NCBI GenBank assembly: GCA_947454705.1
Contig: CANGKZ010000021.1
Span: 472-64,471, forward strand
DNA length: 64,000 nucleotides
Direction: 5' to 3'
From: Verrucomicrobiota bacterium
GTDB lineage: Bacteria; Verrucomicrobiota; Verrucomicrobiia; Limisphaerales; UBA9464
Within the stretch, counting starts at the first letter, position 1; the number at the start of each line of letters is the position of its first letter. The notes beneath the pieces were generated by a model. The model made no database searches. It was not told where the DNA came from and saw only the letters and a program-made list of their open reading frames with translations. Below, piece after piece: positions 37,787 to 45,516 of the stretch. The translations under genes and the position numbers were made by a program.

Positions 37787-37810
37787 GCTTCCGCCGCTTC
37801 GAATTCCAAA

Positions 37811-37849
37811 CGGGCGCATCCGAAAGGGTGCGCCCGTTTTTTCTTTTTT
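37811..37849 (+). terminator. Rho-independent terminator after rpsA
   Basis: CGGGCGCATCCgaaaGGGTGCGCCCGttttttctttttt. An 11-bp stem with a GAAA tetraloop and a long T tract. Confidence 0.8.
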
Positions 37850-37937
37850 AGGTGCCTCGGGAGAATCGGAACGAATGCCCGTCGCGGATCGCATTCGTGG
37901 TTTGTCCTGCTCGCGGGAATTCCGTAGGCTCGTTCCC

Positions 37938-39293
37938 ATGTTCGATTCCCTGAGCGGCAAGCTTCAGAACGTCTTTCGCAATCTGCGCGGACTCGGAAAG
38001 ATCTCCGAATCCAACGTCAGTGATGCGTTGCGGGATGTTCGCCTCGCGCTGCTGGACGCCGACGTCCAGTTTGGCGTGGCACGCGATTTCATCGAGCGGG
38101 TCAAATCCAAGGCCCTCGGCGAGCAGGTCATCCAGTCCGTCCAGCCGGGACAGCAGATGATCAAAATCATCCACGATGAACTCGTGGGACTGCTCGGATC
38201 CGAGAACGCCGGTCTGCAGCTCAATGCGAGTCCGTCGTGCATTTTGATGTGCGGTCTGCACGGCTCGGGCAAGACCACCAGTTCCGGCAAGCTGGCCAAG
38301 ATGCTCCAGAAACAGGGGCGTCACGTCCTGCTGGTTGCGGCCGATGTTTACCGTCCCGCGGCCATGGATCAGCTCGCCACCCTCGGCAAGCAGATCGATG
38401 TGCCGGTGTTCCTCAAGCCCGGGGAGATGGACGTGATCAAGATCGCCCGCGAGGCCCTCGACTACGCCGCGGCGCACCAGAAGACGACGATCATTTTTGA
38501 TACCGCCGGTCGGTTGCAGATCGATGAGCCGCTGGTGCAGGAGCTCGTGCGGTTGCGCGATGTCATCAAACCGCAGGAGATCCTCCTCGTGCTCGATGCC
38601 GCCACCGGCCAGGAGGCGGTCAATGTGGCGACCCACTTTGACAAGGCGCTCGGAGTGACCGGAGCCATTCTCACCAAGCTCGACGGCGATGCCCGCGGCG
38701 GCGCGGCGCTCTCGTTCCGGACGGTGGTGGGCAAGCCGGTGAAGTTCATGGGCGTGGGCGAGAAGCTTGAAGACTTCGAACCGTTCCACCCCGAACGCAT
38801 GGCCCAGCGTATTTTGGGCATGGGCGACGTGGTCACCCTGGTGGAGAAGGCGGCTGAAGCCATCGACCAGCAGAAGGCGATGGAGCTTGAAGAGAAGATG
38901 CGTCGCGGGTTGTTCACGCTCGACGACTTCCTCATGCAGCTGCGCGAGATGAAGAAGATGGGCCCGTTGGAAAACCTGGTGGGACTCCTGCCCGGCGGAA
39001 GCGACATGGTGAAGGGCGTGGACATGTCGAAGAGCGAAAAGGAATTTCGCCGCATGGAGGGCATCCTGTGCGCCATGACTCCCAAGGAACGCGCGACCCC
39101 GCAGCTGCTGAATGCGAAGCGGCGTCAACGCATTGCCAAGGGCTCGGGCGTGAACGTGGCCGAGGTAAACAACGTGCTGCGCCGATTCGACGAGATGCAG
39201 GGCATGATGAAGAAGCTCGGCAAGATGCAGAAGATGCTCGGCAAATTCGGCGGCAAGATCCCGGGCATGCCGGGGATGAATTTCGGTCGCTAG
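37938..39293 (+). CDS. ffh: Signal recognition particle protein Ffh
   Basis: ATG M107 of ORF 37620..39293. MFDSLSGKLQNVFRNLRGLGKISESNVSDALRDVRLALLDADV.. is the N domain. GLHGSGKTTSSGKLA is the G-domain P-loop. DTAGRL and TKLDGDARGG are present, and the M domain is Met-rich. Confidence 0.95.
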   Translation: MFDSLSGKLQNVFRNLRGLGKISESNVSDALRDVRLALLDADVQFGVARDFIERVKSKALGEQVIQSVQPGQQMIKIIHDELVGLLGSENAGLQLNASPSCILMCGLHGSGKTTSSGKLAKMLQKQGRHVLLVAADVYRPAAMDQLATLGKQIDVPVFLKPGEMDVIKIAREALDYAAAHQKTTIIFDTAGRLQIDEPLVQELVRLRDVIKPQEILLVLDAATGQEAVNVATHFDKALGVTGAILTKLDGDARGGAALSFRTVVGKPVKFMGVGEKLEDFEPFHPERMAQRILGMGDVVTLVEKAAEAIDQQKAMELEEKMRRGLFTLDDFLMQLREMKKMGPLENLVGLLPGGSDMVKGVDMSKSEKEFRRMEGILCAMTPKERATPQLLNAKRRQRIAKGSGVNVAEVNNVLRRFDEMQGMMKKLGKMQKMLGKFGGKIPGMPGMNFGR

Positions 39294-39322
39294 TCTTCGG
39301 CGTTTTGAAACCTTGTCGCCTC

Positions 39323-40030
39323 ATGAACTCCCCTGAACCGGTCCGCGCCTCCACGTTGTTCTCCCTGGTGCTGGGGGTTGGAGTGTTGGTTGCCGGTTGC
39401 GCAGGAGGCCATGTTTTCGGCGGGGGATCCAAGCCGATGTTCAACGGGCGGGATCTCTCGGGATGGGTTCGCAAGGGCGGCAATGCAAATTACCGCATTG
39501 AGGGAAACGAGATCGTTGGATCTCCCGTGCAGGGAACCGCGAACACGTTTCTGTGCACGGAGCGGAGCTACACCAATTTCATTCTCGAGCTGGAGTTCAA
39601 GCCGATGGTGAACCTCAATTCCGGGGTGCAGGTTCGCAGCGAAGTGTCCGACACGGCGACGGTGGCCCAGGTTGGCGGAAAGCAGTACCGATTCCCGGCG
39701 AATCGCGTGCACGGGTATCAGATCGAGATTGATCCGAGCCCGCGGGCATGGACCGGAGGCCTCTATGACGAGGCGCGTCGCGGATGGCTGCAATCGCTCG
39801 AGAACAATGAGCCCGCGCGCAAGGCCTTCAAGGCGGGGAAGTGGAACCGCCTGCGCATCGAGTGTCGCGGAGATTCCCTGCGCAGTTGGTTAAACGGCGT
39901 TCCGGCGACCGACTATCACGACTCGGTGACGCCGTCGGGCCTCATCGGTCTGCAGGTGCACGCGGTGAAGACCAACGCAGCGGGACTCGAAATCCGCTGG
40001 CGCAATGTGCGCATTCAAGAACTGCCCTGA
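39323..40030 (+). CDS. DUF1080 (3-keto-disaccharide hydrolase-like) lipoprotein
   Basis: ATG M86 of ORF 39068..40030. Lipobox LVAGC. ..FNGRDLSGWV..NYRIEGNEIVG..GTANTFLCTERSYTNFILELEFK..NSGVQVRS..GLIGLQVH..IRWRNVRIQEL is a typical DUF1080 pattern. Confidence 0.8.
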   Translation: MNSPEPVRASTLFSLVLGVGVLVAGCAGGHVFGGGSKPMFNGRDLSGWVRKGGNANYRIEGNEIVGSPVQGTANTFLCTERSYTNFILELEFKPMVNLNSGVQVRSEVSDTATVAQVGGKQYRFPANRVHGYQIEIDPSPRAWTGGLYDEARRGWLQSLENNEPARKAFKAGKWNRLRIECRGDSLRSWLNGVPATDYHDSVTPSGLIGLQVHAVKTNAAGLEIRWRNVRIQELP

Positions 40031-40153
40031 CGGCAGAATCCCTGCAGCGCAGGGCCAGGAATTTTTCGGAGACCCCGCGTCACCGCGCGATCTCCCTTCA
40101 TCCCCTTCCTGCTTTCATGCTTTCCAAATTTGATCCCTCTGTCGGTAGGAAGA

Positions 40154-40390
40154 TCAGTGAGAATGCGGCTTGCCCGTGCCGCACATGCCGCAGGAGGAGG
40201 GCACGCCGCTGCAGGAGCCGGCGAGATCTGCAGCGCCTCCACCTGCCACGCTGGCGGCGAAGGTGGAGAACTTCTTTTCGAGGCGCGTGGAACCGCACTT
40301 GGGGCAGAGGGTTCCCTTCCAATCGCTCGAGCGGACCAGGACTTCGCTGTCCTTGTTGCACGCTTCGCAGTGAAATTCGTAAATCGGCAT
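40154..40390 (-). CDS. FmdB-family zinc-ribbon protein
   Basis: ATG M24 of ORF 40154..40459. MPIYEFHCEACNKDSEVLVRSSDWKGTLCPKCGSTRLEKKFS.. is CxxC..CxxC with a Gly/Cys tail. The longer GTG start at 40459 lies inside the repeat element and is rejected. Confidence 0.8.
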   Translation of the reverse strand: MPIYEFHCEACNKDSEVLVRSSDWKGTLCPKCGSTRLEKKFSTFAASVAGGGAADLAGSCSGVPSSCGMCGTGKPHSH

Positions 40391-40434
40391 GCGGGCGAGA
40401 ATAGCCGAGCCGCATTCCGAGGCAACGGAGTTGG

Positions 40435-40527
40435 AGACACGGATTGCACGGATTTTCACGGATTCAGAGGGAGCGCTCCGGGAATGCGTTCCTCATCAAT
40501 CTGTGAAAATCCGTGAAATCCGTGTCT
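40435..40527. repeat. Palindromic intergenic element built from phased CACGGAT units (copy A, complete)
   Basis: The left arm is AGACACGGATTGCACGGATTTTCACGGATT (40435-40464). The reverse complement of the right arm (40498-40527) is AGACACGGATTTCACGGATTTTCACAGATT. The arms match 28/30 with a 33-nt spacer. The right arm overlaps the TAG stop of the MBL gene by 2 nt. Confidence 0.75.
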
Positions 40528-41479
40528 AAAACTTCTCCGGCACTCCTTCTTCCAGCACACGAAGGTGCCGGGTGAGTTTTTCGGCGGCGGCGAGTTCGCG
40601 GATCCAGCGCTCCGGCTCCTCCATTTCCTCGAAGCTCAGCTTGAAGGTTCCGTAGTGCATGGGCACGAGCCACTCGGACTTCAAATCCCGAAACGCCCGG
40701 ACCGCCTCATCGGGTCCCATGTGAACGTGGCGGAAGGAATCGGGGAAATAGGCACCGATGGGGAGCAGGGCAATCTCGGGTTTGAGGCGTTCCCCGATTT
40801 CAGCAAAGCCGTCGAAGTACGCGGAATCTCCGGCGTGGTAGATCGTGCGTCCGCGGTGCTCGAGCACGAACCCGCCCCAGCCGCGGTGCGCATCGCGAAG
40901 GGTTCGCGCGCCCCAGTGTTTTCCGGGAACGAGGGTCACCTTCCAGTCGCCATGTCCGAAGCTTTCCCACCACTTGAGTTCGACAATGCGTTCAAACCCC
41001 ACCCGCTTCGCCAGCGAGCCGCATCCCCAAGGCATGACGGCGATCTTGGGGGAGGGGAGTTTTCGCAGGCTGGGTTTGTGGAAGTGATCGAAGTGCGCGT
41101 GGGTGAGCAGCACGAGGTCGATCGGCGGCAGGTCGCTCGCCTTGAGTCCGGGCCGCTTCAGTCGCTTCAGCAGAAAGAGCCAGTTGGCAAAGTTTGGATC
41201 GACGACCGCGTTCAGATCCTCGAACTGGATCAAAAATGAGGCGTGCCCGATCCATGTCAGCGCGGCTTCGGATCCCTTCAAATGCGGGAAGGCGGGGATC
41301 TTGGTCGATCCGCTCCGGGCGGTGAAGAAGGCCTTCCACACCATCTCGCGAAAAAACGTCCGCGGACTGAAGTGGTTGCTCGGGGTGAGCTCCTTGAAGG
41401 ACCGGGGAATGCGCCGCTTGACCTGTCGGGCATCAACGGGCTTCGGGGGGCCGGAGGGGTGGCTCACGCGAGTCATCAT
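40526..41479 (-). CDS. MBL-fold metallo-hydrolase (NAPE-PLD / UlaG-like)
   Basis: 317 aa with metal motif LLTHAHFDHF. Also ..TWIGHASFLIQ.. and ..YHAGDS... Confidence 0.85.
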   Translation of the reverse strand: MMTRVSHPSGPPKPVDARQVKRRIPRSFKELTPSNHFSPRTFFREMVWKAFFTARSGSTKIPAFPHLKGSEAALTWIGHASFLIQFEDLNAVVDPNFANWLFLLKRLKRPGLKASDLPPIDLVLLTHAHFDHFHKPSLRKLPSPKIAVMPWGCGSLAKRVGFERIVELKWWESFGHGDWKVTLVPGKHWGARTLRDAHRGWGGFVLEHRGRTIYHAGDSAYFDGFAEIGERLKPEIALLPIGAYFPDSFRHVHMGPDEAVRAFRDLKSEWLVPMHYGTFKLSFEEMEEPERWIRELAAAEKLTRHLRVLEEGVPEKF

Positions 41480-41632
41480 GGACCTGATCCGGGGTGAATC
41501 AATGCTGGGGAAGCTGTTGGATCAGGGAATGAAATGACCTGAATAAACAAACCTATCCTCCGTCGGACAGGGCGTGGGTCGGAATGAATCTTCAAACCGG
41601 CCCGAAGAACGCGGTTTAACCTTCATTTCATT

Positions 41633-42019
41633 ATGAAAACTGCAGTGTTCGCGGTGACGGTGGCGGCCCTAAGTTCGGCGGCAATGTTGCCCGCCAGCGC
41701 CGGGGATCGCGAGTGGGCGACGGCGGGGAAAGTCCTGACCGGTGTGGCGGTGGCGGGGGTTCTGGCGGATGCCTTCCGCCCTCATTACGAGCCTCCGGTG
41801 GTTTACACTACGGTTTCCGCCCCGGCTCCGGTGGTTTATGCCCCGGCTTGTCATCCCACGACGGTGGTGTATGCGGCTCCGGCTCCTGTCTGCTACACCC
41901 CGGCTCCCCGGGTGGTGTATGTGCCAGCTCCGGTCGTGTATGCCCGCCCAGTGGTGTACGGAGGTTACTGGCACGGACCCCATGCGGTTCACGGTCACTA
42001 TGAAGGACGCCGCTGGTGA
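41633..42019 (+). CDS. Small secreted protein with (A/P)PVVY repeats and a His-rich C-terminus
   Basis: 128 aa with signal peptide MKTAVFAVTVAALSSAAMLPASA. Repeats: PPVVYTT, PAPVVYAP, PTTVVYAAP, PRVVYVP, PAPVVYARPVVYGG. The tail is YWHGPHAVHGHYEGRRW. It has its own terminator. Confidence 0.55.
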   Translation: MKTAVFAVTVAALSSAAMLPASAGDREWATAGKVLTGVAVAGVLADAFRPHYEPPVVYTTVSAPAPVVYAPACHPTTVVYAAPAPVCYTPAPRVVYVPAPVVYARPVVYGGYWHGPHAVHGHYEGRRW

Positions 42020-42046
42020 TTGAAGTCTGAGTTGATCCATAGGTCG

Positions 42047-42085
42047 CGACCCGTCGGAGAGTTCTTCGACGGGTCGTTTTGTTTT
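42047..42085 (+). terminator. Rho-independent terminator
   Basis: CGACCCGTCGgagagttcttCGACGGGTCGttttgtttt. A 10-bp perfect stem plus a T tract. Confidence 0.7.
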
Positions 42086-42142
42086 CCGATTCGAAGGGGG
42101 GCTGGAGGGCGATCCGAAGTTTGATGGCGTTTTGGAAACGTT

Positions 42143-44926
42143 TTGCGAATGAGGATGAAGAGGCCTTGGGGATCGGCCGTCGGACTCCCCAACGGTGAAT
42201 CCGGCGTGTCTTGCGCAATGTTGGGTTCTTCCTGCACCATGACCGCTGATGCGATTGCCTTTCGCCGTCCCGGATTTCCGGTACTGCCCGGCCGCACCGG
42301 AGCGGCCCGGGCGCCGCGGCTCCCGTCTGTGCAACGCGCGCTCCCCACAGCGCGCGGTCCGTTTGTTCGTCCTGTGCCCCGGACGAATCCCTCTGTGAGC
42401 GAACCGATCGTCAGTGTTCGCGCGCGGGTGACCGTGGATGGGAAGTTCTTCCGCGTGGGGGCGAAGAAATTTTTCCCCAAGGGCGTGGTCTACGGACCGT
42501 TTCCTCCCAACGGACGCGGAGAACCTTTTCCGGAGCCCGCTTCGGTGGCCCGGGATTTCCAGCAGATTTCGAGTCTCAACGCCAATTTGGTCCGCGTGTA
42601 CCACGTGCCTCCGCGCTGGTTCCTGGATCTGGCTTCGGAACACGGGTTGAAGGTCCTGGTGGACGTGCCGTGGAACAAGCATCTGTGCTTCCTGGAGAAT
42701 GATCGCACGCGTCAGGAGGCGATCGATGCCGTTCGCAGCGCCGCCCGGGCTTGCGCGGCGCATCCCGCGGTATTTGCCCTGTCGGTGGTGAACGAGATCC
42801 CGGCCGACATCGTGCGATGGAGCGGCGGCACGGCGGTCTGCGATTTCATCGATGATCTGGTGGCCGTGGCCCGGGCGGAGGATCCCGAGTGTCTGTGCAC
42901 GTTCGGCAACTTTCCCCCGACCGAATTTCTCAGCCCGCGGAACATCGATTTCTTCTGCTGGAATCTCTACCTGCACCAGCAGCGGGCGTTCGAGAATTAC
43001 CTCTCGCGTCTGCAAATGCTCGCCGACACGAAGCCGGTGATGCTGGGGGAATTTGGCATCGACACGCTGCGCGAGGGAACGGAGCGGCAGGCAGAGATTC
43101 TAGGATGGACGATCGAAACCGCATTCCGATCGGGCTGTGCGGGCACGGTGATTTTTTCTTACACGGACGAGTGGTTTAAGGACAACCGGCTGGTCGAAGA
43201 TTGGCGGTTTGGCCTCACCACTCAGGACCGCACGCCGAAGGCCGCATTCGAGGTGGTCCGAGCCCAGTACGCGCTCGCGCCCCGATTCCCGCTGGCGCAG
43301 ACCCCGCGGGTGTCCGTGGTGGTGGCCAGCTACAACGGCGCGGCAACGCTGAAGGCCTGCCTGCAATCGCTCGAGCTGCTGAATTATCCCAACTACGAGG
43401 TGATCCTGGTGGATGACGGATCCTCGGATTCGACGCCGCAGATTGCCTCGTTGTTCCCCGGAGTGCGCACCATCCGGCATCCGAAAAACGAGGGTCTCTC
43501 GGTGGCGCGCAACACCGGCATCTATGCGGCAACGGGCGACATCGTCGCCTTCACCGACAGCGATTGCCGCGCTGATGAGGACTGGCTGCATTACCTCGTC
43601 GGCGATTTGCTGAACTCACGGTTCGCCGGCATTGGCGGGCATAATCTGCTTCCGCCGGATGACTCTCCGGCGGCGGCGGCGGTGATGGTGTCACCCGGCG
43701 GCCCGGCCCACGTGATGCTCACCGATCGTCTCGCGGAGCACATTCCCGGCTGCAACATGGCGTTCTACAAATGGGCGCTGTTGGAGATCGGCGGATTTGA
43801 TCCGGTGTATCGCAAGGCGGGCGACGATGTGGACGTGTGCTGGCGATTGCAGCAGCGCGGCTATCGGATCGGGTTCAGCCCCGGCGGGTTCGTCTGGCAT
43901 TATCGTCGCAACACCATTCAGGCCTATCTGCGTCAACAAGCCGGATACGGCGAGGCCGAGGCCATGTTGGAGCGGCGGCATCCGGAGAATTTCAACCGCT
44001 TCGGCGGTTCGCGGTGGCAGGGACGGATCTATTCACCGGCCAAGATCGGCGTCGAGACGCGCGGTCCGGTGATCTACCACGGCCTGTTCGGTAGTGCCTT
44101 TTTTCAGAGCATCTATTCCGGATCCCCGAGCTTCCTGCTCACGGTGGTGACCAGCCTGGAGTACTACGTTCTCGTCACGCTGCCGCTGCTTTCGTTGGGC
44201 TCCGTGGTGCCGCATCTGACGGCCTTTGGTCTCGCGAGCCTCGGGTTTTCGGTGGCCCTTTGTGTGGTCGCTGCGTGGCAGGCGGATATCGCCCGCACCC
44301 GGTCGCGGATCTGGTCACGTCCGCTGGTGGCCCTGCTGTTCCTACTTCAGCCGATCGTGCGCGGCGGGGCGCGGCATCGCGGGCATCTGCGCGGACAGCA
44401 GACGCGCCTGAGTGATCGCGAGAATCTGGAATCGATGAGCCGCACCGGGACGGATGCCGATCTGGGGTCGGTGGCGTACTGGAGCGAGACGGGTGCCGAC
44501 CGGTTGGCCTTCCTGTCGCGCGTGCTCGAACGCCTGGACCAGCGCGGCTGGCCCAACAAGCCGGACTCCGGGTGGTCCAAATTTGATGTCGAAGTCTATG
44601 GATCTCGGTGGGCGCGCCTCCAGTTGATCACGGTGTCGGAGTTTCATCCGGGTGGACGCGAGGTGCTCCGGTGCCGGTTGAACGGCGAGTGGAGTTTCTT
44701 TGCGCGGGCCATCTTCTGGTCCGTGGCCGGTCTCTCATTGGTGATTATCGGGTTCCTCTCGAAGACCTGGGGCTGGAAAGCCTGGACGCTTCTGGCCCTG
44801 CTGCCGCTGCTGGTGTGGAGCCTCGAAGCGGCGCGGCGGGATCTGCAGCGCGTGTTCGCCACCTTCCTCGACGGATGCGCCAAGGATTTCGGAATGGTGA
44901 AGCTCGAAGGCGCGAGCCGTCGTTGA
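42143..44926 (+). CDS. Bifunctional-looking membrane protein: clan GH-A glycoside-hydrolase-like domain + family 2 glycosyltransferase + C-terminal TM bundle
   Basis: The maximal ORF is 927 aa. The start is uncertain, and ATGs at 42149/42218/42239 are possible. The TIM-barrel-like N-domain has ..SVVNEIP.. (acid/base NE) and ..VMLGEFGID.. (nucleophile E). GT2 motifs: VSVVVASYN, ILVDDGSSD, FTDSDC, GCNMAF, AGDDVDVCWRL, LRQQAGYG. At least 4 C-terminal TM helices. Confidence 0.8.
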   Translation: MRMRMKRPWGSAVGLPNGESGVSCAMLGSSCTMTADAIAFRRPGFPVLPGRTGAARAPRLPSVQRALPTARGPFVRPVPRTNPSVSEPIVSVRARVTVDGKFFRVGAKKFFPKGVVYGPFPPNGRGEPFPEPASVARDFQQISSLNANLVRVYHVPPRWFLDLASEHGLKVLVDVPWNKHLCFLENDRTRQEAIDAVRSAARACAAHPAVFALSVVNEIPADIVRWSGGTAVCDFIDDLVAVARAEDPECLCTFGNFPPTEFLSPRNIDFFCWNLYLHQQRAFENYLSRLQMLADTKPVMLGEFGIDTLREGTERQAEILGWTIETAFRSGCAGTVIFSYTDEWFKDNRLVEDWRFGLTTQDRTPKAAFEVVRAQYALAPRFPLAQTPRVSVVVASYNGAATLKACLQSLELLNYPNYEVILVDDGSSDSTPQIASLFPGVRTIRHPKNEGLSVARNTGIYAATGDIVAFTDSDCRADEDWLHYLVGDLLNSRFAGIGGHNLLPPDDSPAAAAVMVSPGGPAHVMLTDRLAEHIPGCNMAFYKWALLEIGGFDPVYRKAGDDVDVCWRLQQRGYRIGFSPGGFVWHYRRNTIQAYLRQQAGYGEAEAMLERRHPENFNRFGGSRWQGRIYSPAKIGVETRGPVIYHGLFGSAFFQSIYSGSPSFLLTVVTSLEYYVLVTLPLLSLGSVVPHLTAFGLASLGFSVALCVVAAWQADIARTRSRIWSRPLVALLFLLQPIVRGGARHRGHLRGQQTRLSDRENLESMSRTGTDADLGSVAYWSETGADRLAFLSRVLERLDQRGWPNKPDSGWSKFDVEVYGSRWARLQLITVSEFHPGGREVLRCRLNGEWSFFARAIFWSVAGLSLVIIGFLSKTWGWKAWTLLALLPLLVWSLEAARRDLQRVFATFLDGCAKDFGMVKLEGASRR

Positions 44927-45019
44927 GATCGAAGTTGAGGTCCGATTCCCCTTCTGCGTCCGCGTCGGGGTCTGCGTCCGGCACTTGCCGTTCTCCATCC
45001 CGGGTTCACTCTACCGCCC

Positions 45020-45430
45020 ATGGCAAAGCAATGGTGGCTGGTGAAGTCGGAACCCGAGGCCTATTCCTTCGCGCAGCTTGAAAAGGACGGATCCACGGCG
45101 TGGACCGGAGTCCGCAATTTCCAGGCGCGGAACAATCTTCGTGCGATGAAGAAGGGCGACTCCGTCCTGTTTTATCACAGCGTGTCGGACAAGCAGGTCG
45201 TCGGCGTGGCCAAAGTGTTGCGCGAGGCTTATCCGGATCCGACCGCCACCGAGGGCGACTGGAGCTGCGTGGATCTCGAGCCTGCGAAAGCATTGGCCAA
45301 ACCGGTGCCTCTGGATGCGTTGAAGGCGGATGCGGTGACGCAGAACCTCCCGCTCATTCGTCAGTCGCGATTGAGCGTCACGCCGGTCACGAAGGAGCAG
45401 TTTGATCGGATTATCAAATTGGGTACATAG
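45020..45430 (+). CDS. EVE (PUA-like) domain protein
   Basis: 136 aa. MAKQWWLVKSEPEAYSFAQLEKDGSTAWTGVRNFQARNNLRAMKKGDSVLFYHS.. is the characteristic EVE/thymocyte-nuclear-protein-1-like N-terminus. Confidence 0.85.
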   Translation: MAKQWWLVKSEPEAYSFAQLEKDGSTAWTGVRNFQARNNLRAMKKGDSVLFYHSVSDKQVVGVAKVLREAYPDPTATEGDWSCVDLEPAKALAKPVPLDALKADAVTQNLPLIRQSRLSVTPVTKEQFDRIIKLGT

Positions 45431-45516
45431 TCCCTTCTCCCATTAGCCCGGGGACTTTGTTGAGTTCCGTCGCGTCCGGGGCTGGACGTCGCCGGGGCCG
45501 CGGTCATTCTTGGCGC

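Noticed and set aside
40435-40527. Whether the CACGGAT repeats could be a CRISPR array.
   Set aside because: The units are 7-8 nt with 1-3 nt between them. There are only three per arm, arranged as inverted arms. There are no 25-40-nt spacers and no cas genes.
40130-40673. ORFs 40130..40516 (+), 40464..40673 (-) and the GTG-extended FmdB ORF (to 40459), which encode ..TDCTDFHGF.. / ..TDFTDFH.. peptides. ORFs 62163..62435 and 62432..62623 at copy D are similar.
   Set aside because: They are read-throughs of the CACGGAT/CACAGAT repeat arms, so the peptide repeats simply mirror the DNA repeats. No independent coding evidence.
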